From Amphiscolops sp. MND2022 (Eukaryota), in the NCBI GenBank assembly GCA_964187785.1, contig OZ076415.1, forward strand, positions 62,186,001-62,250,000: 64,000 nt of DNA, read 5' to 3'. Every line of letters starts with the position of its first letter. Within the stretch, counting starts at the first letter, position 1. A program made the position numbers and the translations under genes. Shown piece after piece: positions 1-10,792 of this stretch. The notes under the pieces were generated by a model. It did no database searches. It saw nothing but the letters and a program-made list of their open reading frames with translations, and was not told the DNA's origin.

Positions 1-444
1 GAAAAAAATGAGATTTATGGCCGTAAATCTTGGTTATCAAGGTCATCAAACCCTCTTAATGGTCAAGCTATGTACTTCAAAGAGAGGCTCCCACCCAAAC
101 AGCGTGAAATCAAAAACAAAGCCGAAGAAGAAGGGTTGATAACAACTACATACAATTGCCAAGTAAAAGCTTTTACCAGAAGTTTCGATGGAAGATACAA
201 AAGCGTCAAGTTGAATTCTGTGAAAGCGGTACATGATATCAAAGACATAGCTGTTAAAAAAGTCAAGCCATCTCAAAAGCAGCATGAAAAAATTGCAATG
301 ATGCCTGAACCATCCAAACTCGTGGAAAATCAAATGAAATCTTTATTGAAACGAATACGGTCGTCACCAGATGAGGAGGGCCTGCAATCCTTGAAAAACT
401 TCTGTCGCGATAATGACATCAATGGACGAGGGACTGTAAATTGA
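1..444 (+). CDS. C-terminal part of LINE ORF1 (5' end outside window)
   Basis: Frame 1 is open from base 1 (EKNEIYGRK...QAMYFKERLPPKQREIKNKAEEEG...) to TGA at 442-444, 171 nt upstream of an intact LINE ORF2. The basic helical segment resembles CR1/L2-group ORF1 C-termini. Confidence 0.6.
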   Translation, partial: EKNEIYGRKSWLSRSSNPLNGQAMYFKERLPPKQREIKNKAEEEGLITTTYNCQVKAFTRSFDGRYKSVKLNSVKAVHDIKDIAVKKVKPSQKQHEKIAMMPEPSKLVENQMKSLLKRIRSSPDEEGLQSLKNFCRDNDINGRGTVN

Positions 445-615
445 TGAACTTGCAGTCAAATTTCTGAAAAGTTTCAAAAATGATAATGGACAAATAGTTT
501 GAAACCTAAACCTCACTACACTTAAAACATAAACTTCCTAAAGTTTGACTGCAAATACTTCCTTAATTCTCTGAACTTTGCGTTTTTCTTCAGATTTTGT
601 CAGCTTGCAATAAGG

Positions 616-3456
616 ATGGAATCTGTGGAAACTTTTAAAACCTCAGACATTTTTTACATGAACATACGTTCACTTAGGTGCCATCATGACCAGTTAATTA
701 CTACTTTTGATGATTTTGAAGTAAAACCTGTGTTGATTTGCCTTTGTGAAACTTGGTTGACAGAAAATGACCCTATTGACCTTTATTGGCTCGACGACTA
801 CTCTGAAATTGAAACATCAAATAGACTGAACAAACTTGGTGGCGGTTTAGCTTTCTACGCGAGAGAAGACGTGAATTACACTACAACCAAATGTAAATCT
901 AATATTGAACACGTAATTGTCACAATCCATCGGGACGCTTTAGGTCCGCTAAATGTCTGCCTGATTTATAGACCACCAGATGCTAAAGCTGTCTTTTTTG
1001 ATGAAATGGATTGTCTTCTAACTGATTTGTTTGAAATGAAAGGAGATTCCATACTCGTAGGAGACTTCAATATTGATGTTCTTGATAATCTAGACTATAA
1101 AACCAAAAAACTAGAAATTTGTTTGGAAGCATTCGGACTATCTGTGCAGAATGAAGAGCCTACTCGAGAGACTCTGTCAACTTCGAAATGCATTGACCTC
1201 TGCATATCAACTAAAGAAATAAAAGTTGAAACTCTCAAATACAAAATCAGTGACCACTATGCATTGAGATTTCCTATTTTATATGACACAAATCATTGCA
1301 ACGATAATGATGTTATTCAGTTTCGTGATTTTTCCGGCTTTTCTAAAGAAGATCATCATTTGAAATTTTTGTTCTACATAGATCAAGCACTTCGTAAATG
1401 TCAGTGTGACACAGTTGAAAGCAAATTAGAGTACCTCACCGGTGTTCTGAATTCAGCTTCCGAGAAGTATGCTCCACACAAAACTTTTGATGCTACGAAG
1501 AAAAGATCAAATTGGGTAACAAACCATATCAAATCTTTGATTCATAAACGTGATAAAGCGCATGCCTCTTACGTTAAAGAGGCTAGCAAAAAGAACGAGT
1601 TAGTTTACAAGAAACTCCGTAACTCGGTCACCAGTGAAATTCGGAAAGCTAAACGATCCTATTATGACAAAAAAATCAAAAACGTGTGCAATTCAAAAGA
1701 ATTATTCAACTGTTTTAACCATTTTTGTGGGAAAGAAACCAAAAAACAAAGAGAAGTAGACGTTGAGAAATTTAATGATTTTTTTGTAAGTATTGGAAAA
1801 AAACTTGCAAATGAGTGTAGTGAATCCTTACCCAATGTTGACTTCGACGCGGACGGACCTGTTCAAACTTTCGCTCTCTTCGAGACAGATGCATCTGAAG
1901 TTTACAGTATAATCAAACACCTAAAGAACAAAATTTCTTCTGGTCATGATGGCATCTCTAATAAACTTTTGAGGCTTGCTGCATCTTCAATTAGTCAATT
2001 TTTAGCCAATATTTTCAATGAGTGTATAAATGATTCAAAGTTTCCTAAGTCTATGAAAATTGCGAAAGTTCTTCCGCTTTTGAAGAAAGGTGATTTTTCC
2101 CTACCGGATAATTATCGCCCTATTAGTCTTTTGACTTCGCTGAGCAAAATTTTTGAAAAACTCATTCACAAACGTATAACAAAATTTTTGGCGAAGCATA
2201 AACTACTAACTCCCAAACAATTCGGTTTTAGAGAAAATTTTTCTTGTGCACATGCAATTGCAGAAATCACTGAATTTATGAGAAAAACAATTGACAAAAA
2301 ACACTATGGCTTGGCAGCTTTCATTGATTTAAAAAAAGCCTTTGATACCGTTGATCACAATCTTCTTATTAAAAAACTAAATAGCTTTGGACTACGCGGT
2401 CAAATTGAAAATTTGCTCAGAGATTACTTATCTGACAGAGAACAATTCGTATTTTCGGGTAATCAAAAGTCTTCATCGAGGAGCATTGATTGTGGAGTTC
2501 CACAAGGTTCAATCTTGGGCCCACTCTTGTTTTTGATATACATAAATGATTTGCCTGAAACATGTAAGAATTCAAGCATGGTTCTATTTGCTGATGATAC
2601 CGCAATTGTAACTTCTAAAAGCTGTAGAAATGTAACAAAAGATGTAGAATTGGATCTAAAAAGCATGAATCAATGGTTTTCGGTTAACAAAATGACTGTC
2701 AACGTATCTAAGTGTACAATTTTACCCTTTGGAAAAACAATAACCGCAACGGAAATTGACGAACTTGAGGGTTTAGCAGGCGAAATAGACATTGTAGATA
2801 AATTGAAGTACTTAGGCGTTAGTATCGACAAAAGATTGAATTTTCATAGCCATATAGCGAGTATCCAGAAAAGATTAGCTAAATTTAATGGTTTGGTCTA
2901 CAAGGCACGTTATTGTTTTTCCCGGAAAGCTCTCTTAAGGTTTTATCAAGCATATGCAAAACCAATTATACTGTACGGTTTGCTCATATACGGCGGTACA
3001 AGACATTCAGTGCTGAATGAGATTCTATTAATGCAAAAACGAATTATACGAACAATTTTCTTCAGAAAACGTAGCGATACAGTGTCTGACTTGTTTATGA
3101 AACATAAAATAGAAACAGTTTTTGAACTTTACGTTGAAGAAATATTCAAAGAGACTCTATTTCAAATTTATGGTTTTTCGACAATTAGATCATTGGATCT
3201 TCAAAATCAAGCTTTCCTACGGACAACTCGATCTCAAATTGCTGGACTAATTCGACCCCATTTTTCGCGAACTGTTACAGCCAAAAACTCATTAGCCGGG
3301 AGAGTTACAAAATGTTACAACTTTTTAATGAAAAACGATCTATTGCCTAGTTTCGGAAACAATATTGACAAAATAATGTTAAAAAAGTTCATAATGAATT
3401 TCAAAGAACTGTACATCCTTGACAGTGAAACAACTTTTAACCTCATTTTTGGTTAA
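616..3456 (+). CDS. Intact LINE ORF2: APE endonuclease + reverse transcriptase (CR1/L2/Crack group)
   Basis: 946 aa, no stops. APE motifs: NIRSL, CETWL, GGGLAFY, YRPP, GDFNID, SDHY. RT motifs: GHDGI, YRPISLL, QFGFR, DLKKAFDTV, GVPQGSILGP, FADDT, KYLGV. No RNase H. Confidence 0.96.
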   Translation: MESVETFKTSDIFYMNIRSLRCHHDQLITTFDDFEVKPVLICLCETWLTENDPIDLYWLDDYSEIETSNRLNKLGGGLAFYAREDVNYTTTKCKSNIEHVIVTIHRDALGPLNVCLIYRPPDAKAVFFDEMDCLLTDLFEMKGDSILVGDFNIDVLDNLDYKTKKLEICLEAFGLSVQNEEPTRETLSTSKCIDLCISTKEIKVETLKYKISDHYALRFPILYDTNHCNDNDVIQFRDFSGFSKEDHHLKFLFYIDQALRKCQCDTVESKLEYLTGVLNSASEKYAPHKTFDATKKRSNWVTNHIKSLIHKRDKAHASYVKEASKKNELVYKKLRNSVTSEIRKAKRSYYDKKIKNVCNSKELFNCFNHFCGKETKKQREVDVEKFNDFFVSIGKKLANECSESLPNVDFDADGPVQTFALFETDASEVYSIIKHLKNKISSGHDGISNKLLRLAASSISQFLANIFNECINDSKFPKSMKIAKVLPLLKKGDFSLPDNYRPISLLTSLSKIFEKLIHKRITKFLAKHKLLTPKQFGFRENFSCAHAIAEITEFMRKTIDKKHYGLAAFIDLKKAFDTVDHNLLIKKLNSFGLRGQIENLLRDYLSDREQFVFSGNQKSSSRSIDCGVPQGSILGPLLFLIYINDLPETCKNSSMVLFADDTAIVTSKSCRNVTKDVELDLKSMNQWFSVNKMTVNVSKCTILPFGKTITATEIDELEGLAGEIDIVDKLKYLGVSIDKRLNFHSHIASIQKRLAKFNGLVYKARYCFSRKALLRFYQAYAKPIILYGLLIYGGTRHSVLNEILLMQKRIIRTIFFRKRSDTVSDLFMKHKIETVFELYVEEIFKETLFQIYGFSTIRSLDLQNQAFLRTTRSQIAGLIRPHFSRTVTAKNSLAGRVTKCYNFLMKNDLLPSFGNNIDKIMLKKFIMNFKELYILDSETTFNLIFG

Positions 3457-4767
3457 AGTTCCAGAATTCCTAGTATATTCCTTTATTGGAGCTGACAACT
3501 CTTTTTTTGTTTTTGGGGGCGTATACCCTAGAGCTGTAAAGCTCCTTTCTACGTCCCGGTCAGATATGTGTTCCTCATATGAATAAATATAAATTGTTTT
3601 GTGTTTTTAGTTCATACCATATTTATCTGACCAAATCAATTCAAATATTCAAAGACAGGTGTATACTAGTCGATTCTAAAGCTTCTTCAACGGTAACAAT
3701 CAACTTTGAAACACATAAAAGGGTGTTTAAATACTTAATAAACATGAGAGCAAAATTATCAACGCGCTAATGCTAGTCAGTTTAAAGGAACCTAAATATC
3801 CGGGACCACTTGCATGATCCTTCATTTATTAGCAACTCCAATGTATCAATTAGCCTTAACCGGAATCTTACAGTACTGCTTATAATCATACACAAATTGC
3901 ACACACGGAATGCGTTGCCGAATGCGGACAATATCACTTAATTGAAGGCCGCTTTGACCGGAAACAAATGCTCCTTTTGATCGCAAAACTCTACAGGAGA
4001 AGCAGTTGAACGAAGCAGACGTTGAACACGAACTTCATCGTTAGATTACTGAAGATTTCAAATGTAGTGGAGAGCAGATATGTGGTTAGGCAAAGACGTT
4101 TTTAGGGACATGTCTAAGTTATCCGAGGTAAACATCGTCTCTCAGTAGATAAGAGCACATTTTTCTGCTTTTTATTTCAATGCTGTTGACGAAACTAGCG
4201 AGGCACATCAACTGGCAAGTGAATTTGATTCCTTCCTAAATTCTGTACCTACGGGAGTTTTTCAGCTGTTTAGTGAAGGAGTGGAAAGAAAGGAGAACTG
4301 AGCACTTGCAAACGTTTGTAAAAAGGAAAAAGTTGTTCTGAAGTTCTGAATAATGTGAGTTGAACTATCAACACATTATTTGCTTCAATGCTTTGTCTAA
4401 CCTAGCAGCGAAAAAGGAAAACTACACATGGGTTTCGAAATTGGCGATCATACTCCCGGAAAGCGAATATAATCCTTTTGAAGTTCCGATGGTTTGCCCT
4501 TGACGGATTGTCGAAAATAGTATCACCTTTGAAATAATATATTCTCAAAAAGTCACATTTATTGGAGCAGTAGGTTGGAGCTACGCTGAGACATCTATCG
4601 GAGTCGCGTTTTAGCGACGTTTTTCTTCGAATGATATACATTCTCGTTACTTGCTGTTACTTCTTGGCTATCTGTGATGTTCCAGAGACCCTAGTGACGT
4701 ATTTGGAACAAATAGACGGACGGAACGCAAAAATTTGAGTTCGTTTCTCATGAGGACTAATATTACT

Positions 4768-5684
4768 TGTAACGGCTACTTGCCCTTATCCTGCGCTGAG
4801 GCTTAACAAGCTTTACGCCGCCCTGATCCGTTGCTTAGTACTGTGGACCGTTACAAAACAAATCCTGGTTTTCTTGTTTTACAGGACAGTATCTTTTGGC
4901 TGTTTGGTCCGATTGGACCCGTAGGATCTCCTGCAACCCCGCTTTGAACTAGGGTGGATCCGATGTGATCCAGCACAAAGTTCCCGCTTTGTATCTTTAC
5001 GCGCTCCGGCTCTCCAACTATGAGAGTGGCTACTTAATCGCTCTGACTCTCGCGAAAAGTTGTAAAGATGTAGAAAATTAATTAGTCTCGCGGTCCTGAG
5101 ACCCATCTTGACTATAGCTATTCAGTCGTAAAAGTCTCCATTTAATAATGGTATAAATCTGGTTCACAATTCTACAGTAAACTTATATCAAGATATGTTG
5201 TTTGAAAAAATGACATTTAAAGCATAATATGAATGCATTGGCTAAGTAAACAAACGATGTGGTGGCTTTGACATGTTGGTCAGGTAGGCTAGAAAATATG
5301 CTTCCACCATGTAAATATCACCAATTTCAACAGAGTTACAATTCCTTCAAAGTCATATGAAAAATCACATAATAACTTGTATAGCAAAAATGGGTTTTTC
5401 ATGGGGTACGACCCAGGTCACTTAGGGTGTTAACTGCTCTGAAACCAGCGGAGATACGGGATAAGGTGTTACCAGTGAAAAGTTAGGGTATCACCGCTAC
5501 TATATGTGTGCCAAGTTTCGAGGTGATTGATTGAGTGGTTCACCCGGACGGGGAGGGGGTGGCCCAATTTTGGGATGCCCTATTTCTGGTGAAACTTGTA
5601 GTTTTCCAACTAAAATCTAGACAAAGTTTCTAAGTTTCTAAAACTTCAAAATGCAGTTTTTTGTCTTGCAATTGACTGGCGCCA
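4768..5684 (-). repeat. 3' LTR of BEL/Pao element (917 bp)
   Basis: Plus strand runs TGTAACGGCT...GACTGGCGCCA and aligns to 9855-10792; I counted 31 differences in the first ~385 bp. Confidence 0.88.
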
Positions 5685-6299
5685 ACGATCCTTGCCCTGT
5701 TTTTCTCCCGAAAAACACTTTCTTAGAACAGGGGTACTAGTCTCACTCCTTGTCTTTTGCTTTTGTCATCAAATGTCGTTCTCTTGCAGGGAGGTTCAGT
5801 TTCATTGTCAAGTTTGTCGGTTGTTTGCTGTGTTCTTTTCCGCTACAATGAAAATCCAGTCCAAATTCCAGTTCGCTGATCATGGGGTTGTTTTCCACAG
5901 ATTCACATAACAAAACAAAATTGTTCTATAAAACTGTTTTTTCATTCGAAGTCGCAGTTTTCCCAATTATCCCAAACTTCACCATCAGTGTCCAACATTC
6001 ATTGAATTCAATCAGTCGCGTGTCTTGTGAACCTTTAAAAAGTATGATATAAAAATGATTCAGGTCAGTTAAATCAGCTCCATAAGTACTTCAATATCTA
6101 AAAAGTAGATATCCAGGTAAGTTAAAAATATCTCCAGTCAGTTTCCCAAGATTTGCTTCGCTACATATTTCATTATCAACATTGACTGACCGCGTGGGAG
6201 ATATATCAAAGATAGTTTATTCTCTAATCTTTCCATAATCCTGTATTTGATCCAGCCTTCTTGAAAGATCGTTGAATCATCCATCATCATAATCTGTAG

Positions 6300-8950
6300 A
6301 TTGGGTTACTTCTCAACATTACGGCCACGGAAGTTCTTCATCGTGTTTTCATTGTTCTCTATGCATCCAATGGGAAAACATTTTTGCTTTGAATTCTGTC
6401 GCAGGGCTACACTTTGCTCTTTGCTTACAGACACTTTTCGTAGCTACATCCTTGTTTTTTCCCAGTAACTGCAACAATGCTGTGGAAACCCGCGTTCGCT
6501 TCTGTTTGTAGAATATTACGGAGCATCTTTCACCTTAAAACGCCAACTTCTTATCATCTGGGTTTGTTACAGGCTCCGAATTATCATCAAAGACTTTCAA
6601 TTTAGCAAAAAACACATACTGAGTCCACATTGTCTTGAACGGTGTAGCATGTCCATTGCAAGACCCGTTGCTCCAACTTGCTGCTGTTGGCACTTCCATC
6701 GGACACATTTGCGTTCTTGTCACTGATGATCTGTCTCTGAACTTACGTAGCCAAATTGTGTCATCTTGTGTTGCATTCTCGTTCAGCTGAGCGTTTTCCT
6801 CCATTCCAAGAATCGTGTTCTAGGTAGGTTCAATCTTCCAAGTCTTTTTCTTCGGTAGCTTGCGGTGGGCTTTGCTCAAGTGAGTTTCATCAATGCCATT
6901 AGCTTGTGCCACTGTGTCCATTCCAGAGTTTCCATTACCAGTCCAATGGTTCCATACATTATTATTACTCGGATTAGTTTCTTCAACAAAGCTTACCTTG
7001 AAGTCAAAATCAAATTTCTTTCCAAAGGTTGGATTCCTGATTTTGTTTCACTTTTGACATTGCCTTCCACAGGTTTGTCATGTTTCATTGCAACGTGGCA
7101 TAGCTTTTCATACATGGCATCTTCATTCCAATCGTCTTGCAGTGCAAATTGTTGCTCATGCACAAATCCATAACTTTTGACAAGTTCAAAAAATTTGTTT
7201 CCTTCTTGAAGAAGCAGATTACTGGCACAGAACCCTGTCTCCCGGAACAGTTCGCCGTGTTCTACGTGCTGTAGTACGGTGGTTGTAAACGCTGGCAGCA
7301 GTTCCAAATTCGCATTCAATTCTTCCGAGGTTTGCTTGGATGTTGCGATTGCTAAGCTTCTATGCTCTTTGTGTGTTTCCGCTGTTGTATAATTCAAGTT
7401 CTCCTGTGTTTGCACTCCACTCCGAATGCTCACTCCTGACCACGTGAATCTCTTCTTCCAAATTTTGTATGGTATCCACGAGGAGGGTTTCTGAACGGAC
7501 GTCTTTCCGACATTTTTTACAACGATTGCTTCTGACCAGTTCTGTATGCATTCCGCTGTGAGGGGCTTCAAGGTACCTTTCTTTGCAACTTTCACTTCTG
7601 GTTGCGATGTTGCTCCTTATCTGCATGATCCCTTTTCATAGTTTGTTCTGTCTTTCCTATCAGCTCGCGAATCTGCTTCTGTCTGTGGAGGTTCCGAGTC
7701 CTTCCTAGGCGCGGAGAACTTTCCTTCGTGAACTAATTTTACTGCATTCTGGCATTGAGTGTACTGGTACTGCAATATAGGACCTATGTCCGTCTTCAGC
7801 TCCATCTGACATGTTCATCTATCCTGAGTCTTCCGTGAAACTGTCATTTGATGAGATACTTTGAAAGCTAGTCCCCTTACTGCTCGACGCTTCCGCTTTT
7901 TCTATTTCAGCTTTTCTAGTTTTGCGGGCAAACTCTTCATGCAAGTCAGCCATTTTTCTTTGTTTTGCTGCGCGCTTCAGTTTCTCCAGTCTGGCTTGCA
8001 GTTCATCTGCCCCTTCAGAGCTTTTACTTTCAAATAAAGTACTCCTCTAGCACTTGATGTTTTCGAATATACAGAGGTTCTGTTGCTTCTGGTTTCAGCC
8101 AGTTGTGAAAGTCTGGTCAGTTCATCTATTTGTAATGATCCAGGCTTGCTTCTTTTGTCTCAAAATTCATCCGATTTCTGACCATCGGCATTATCTAATG
8201 CTAGCAGAAGCAGTCGATCTTCATTAGGCCCCTTCGAGCTGTTGTCGATATCAGTTGTTCTGTTGTCCATCTGGATTGTTTTGTCAGACACCTTACCGTT
8301 TTCTTCGAGTAGTGATGTCACATCGTTGACTGAATTTTCTACTTCAGATATGCTGTCTCTCATGACACAGCGAGGTTCTTGGTCCTTGGTCCTTCTTGAC
8401 CGAGTAAGTGATTTCTTTTCACTAGCCGTTTTCTTTATACATTTTTGTTTTGTCGGATAGACACGTCTTTGCCTCAAATTTCTTGTGTGAGGGCATCTCA
8501 TAGCTGCGTCTGCAGATATTCCATTTGCCATGTGACTCAGTTGCAACGCCTTCGTCCCGTCAATTGGACACTTTAACTTTTGTGTCACATCGGGGAACCA
8601 GTATCCCCAACTCGGTTCCAATTTTGCAAAGCACTCTTCCCATTCAGTCACACTTCGACTGGACTGTCTTTGCGTTTCTTCCTTCGTAAGGCTCAACATG
8701 GAGTCCACACAAAACAACAACGCTTGTCCTCTCTCGCGGTATCCGATTACCTGATCAACCACGTTGATTTTGGATAAAACAGCTTCTTTATTATCGAGCT
8801 TGTCATCCAAGTCCTTCAACAACGTATGGAGCTTTTCCACATGTATGGGTACGCTATCCCAATAAAGACACAACACGTACCAATCAGACACATTCTCCAA
8901 ATTAATTGGTCCGAGTTGCAACAGTTCTTGGTTCTAATTTGTGTTTCGTT
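6300..8950 (-). pseudogene. Degenerate BEL/Pao gag with long N-terminal extension
   Basis: Frameshifted pieces: 253-aa N-terminal ORF (8160-8921); Ser/Lys-rich linker; DUF1759-like core (NWSEAIVVKNV..., HVVRSEHSEWS..., LCASNLLLQ...QDDW, 6993-7626); decayed Cys/His knuckle (VCKQRAKC...HWMH) near 6350-6450. Confidence 0.65.
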
Positions 8951-9130
8951 CTTCAAACACATTTGTCATTCGTGGATGCTGCACCCCGTGCCTCTCTGTC
9001 TTTTTGGCTTTCATTTGTTCAGATGACTCTTTTGTTTCACTGAAGGCTTTCGAACTTCGCAATGGTTTCTTGTAGACTTTTTCACTCTTCCCGAATTCTG
9101 CAATTTCTCAGATACGAAGTGTCAACTGCT

Positions 9131-9689
9131 CAATTCGGCAATCAACCGCCAACTCTTGAAAAATCAATCCAATACTGTCGATTATACTTGCATTCTTTGG
9201 CGAACTTGATTGTCTCGGTGGATCTTGTCCCTCTGACTTGATCGCTTTTCTTCACTTGGTGGATTTACTTGCAGTGACGTTTTAGACAAAATCTTTGCTT
9301 CAATTAGGGATACGTTCCAGAGTACACACTTCGTCCCAAAAATAGAATTGATGCACAAATACCTCCAGATTGCCGCTAAAGCCCAACTCCCAAAGTACAC
9401 AAAAGCCCCAATTCCGGAGTCGCTATTTGGGAGTTGGGCTTCAGCGACAATCTGGAGGTATTTGTGCATCAATTCTATTTTTGGGACGGAGTGTGTACTC
9501 TGGAACGTATCCCCGATTGAAGCAAAGATTTTGTCTAAAACGTTACTGCAAGTAAATCCATCAAGTAAAGAAAAACTATCAAGTCAGAGGGACAAGATTC
9601 ATTGAGAGAATCAAGTTCACCAAAGAAGGCAAGTCTAATCGACAGTCTTGGGTTGATTCTTCAAGAGTTGACAGTTGATTACCGAATTG
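9131..9689. repeat. Long inverted repeat: 264-bp arms (9131-9394, 9426-9689), 31-nt loop
   Basis: Base-by-base comparison: no indels, 23 mismatches in 264 bp (91% identity; 18 transitions, 5 transversions). Confidence 0.97.
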
Positions 9690-9834
9690 GCTGAGCCCAA
9701 ACTCCCAAGAATCACAATGGCCCAATCTCCCAGAGTCACCATACTGTCTCTCATCTTGGGCAATCTTCTTCAGCTGTCCACCAACGAGTCGTCATTCGTC
9801 CTCGTCTTTTTTCAGTCCGGGTTGAACTGATGAT

Positions 9835-9852
9835 GTCCGGGTCAGCTGACCA
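9835..9852 (-). promoter_or_regulatory. Primer-binding site TGGTCAGCTGACCCGGAC (probably tRNA-Tyr type)
   Basis: 18 nt starting TGG, 2 nt from the LTR. The implied tRNA 3' end ...CCGGG TCAGCTG A CCA has G72/A73, the eukaryotic tRNA-Tyr signature, and resembles the common BEL PBS TGGTCCTTCGAGCCGGAT. Confidence 0.65.
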
Positions 9853-9854
9853 AA

Positions 9855-10792
9855 TGTAACGGCTGCTTGTCCTTATCCTGCGCTGAGGCTTGACAAGCTT
9901 TACGCCGCCCTAATGCGTTGCTTAGTACAGTGGAGCGTTTTTAAACCAATCCTGGTTTTCTTCTTTTAAAGGACTGTATCTTTTGGCTGGTTGGTCCGAT
10001 TCGACCCGTAGGATTTACTGCAACCCCGCTTTGAACTAGGGTGGATCCGATGTGATCCAGCACAAACTTCCTGCTTTGTATCTTTACGCGCTCCGGCTCT
10101 CTAACTAGGTGAGTGGCTTCTTATTCGCTCTGACTCTCGCGAAAAGTTGCAAAGATGTGGAAAATTAGTTAGTCTCACGGTCCTGAGACCCATCTTGACT
10201 ATAGCTATTCAGTCGTGAAAGTCTCTATTTAATAATGGTATAAATCTGGTGTACAATTCTACAGTAAACTTACATCAAAATATGTTGTTTGAAAAAATGA
10301 CATTTAAATCATAAAATGAATGCATTGGCTAAGTAAACAAACGATGTGGTGGCTTTGACATGTTGGTCAGGTAGGCTAGAAAGTATGTTTGCACCATGTA
10401 AATATCACCAATTTCAACAGAGTTACACTTCCTTCAAAGTCACATGAGAAAATCACATAATAACTTATATTGCAAAAATGGGTTTTTCATGGGGTACGAC
10501 CCAGGTCATTTAGGGTGTTAACTGCTCTGAAACCAGCGGAGATACTGGATAGGATGTTTCCAGTGAAAAGTTAGGGTATCACCACTACTATATGTGTGCC
10601 AAGTTTCGAGGTGATTGATTGAGTGGTTCACCCGGACGGGGAGGGGGTGGCCCAATTTCGGGATGCCCTATTTCTGGTGAAACTTGTGATTTTCCAACTA
10701 AAATCTAGACAAAGTTTCTAAGTGTTTTGAGTGATACGCTTCATCAGTCACCTTCAAAATTCAGTTTCTCGTCTTGCAATTGACTGGCGCCA
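9855..10792 (-). repeat. 5' LTR of BEL/Pao element (938 bp)
   Basis: Same termini as 4768-5684, with a ~20-bp extra segment near 10722-10752. Confidence 0.88.

Larger units (their letters stand above)
1..3595 (+). mobile_element. Young, potentially competent non-LTR retrotransposon (LINE), 5' end outside window
   Basis: ORF1 tail, intact ORF2, and a short structured 3' UTR ending in AATAAA at 3582-3587. Confidence 0.9.
4768..10792 (-). mobile_element. Non-autonomous (gag-only) BEL/Pao LTR retrotransposon
   Basis: Two direct repeats about 92% identical with TG...CA ends. 5-bp flanks TTACT (4763-4767) and TTAAT (10793-10797) form a TSD with one mismatch. A TGG-starting PBS sits 2 nt inside the right LTR on the minus strand. 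Degenerate BEL-type gag pieces on minus; no recognisable RT, RNase H or integrase. Confidence 0.8.

Noticed and set aside
4140-4300. hAT-like AVDETS motif
   Set aside because: Single short motif in a stop-bounded frame with no supporting blocks.
5677-5684. TGGCGCC as a tRNA-Lys PBS on the plus strand
   Set aside because: It lies inside both repeat copies as the palindromic LTR terminus; coding remnants and the real PBS are on the minus strand.
9182-9605. Two near-identical ORFs on opposite strands (MMHKYLQI...)
   Set aside because: Artefact of the long inverted repeat; no protein features.
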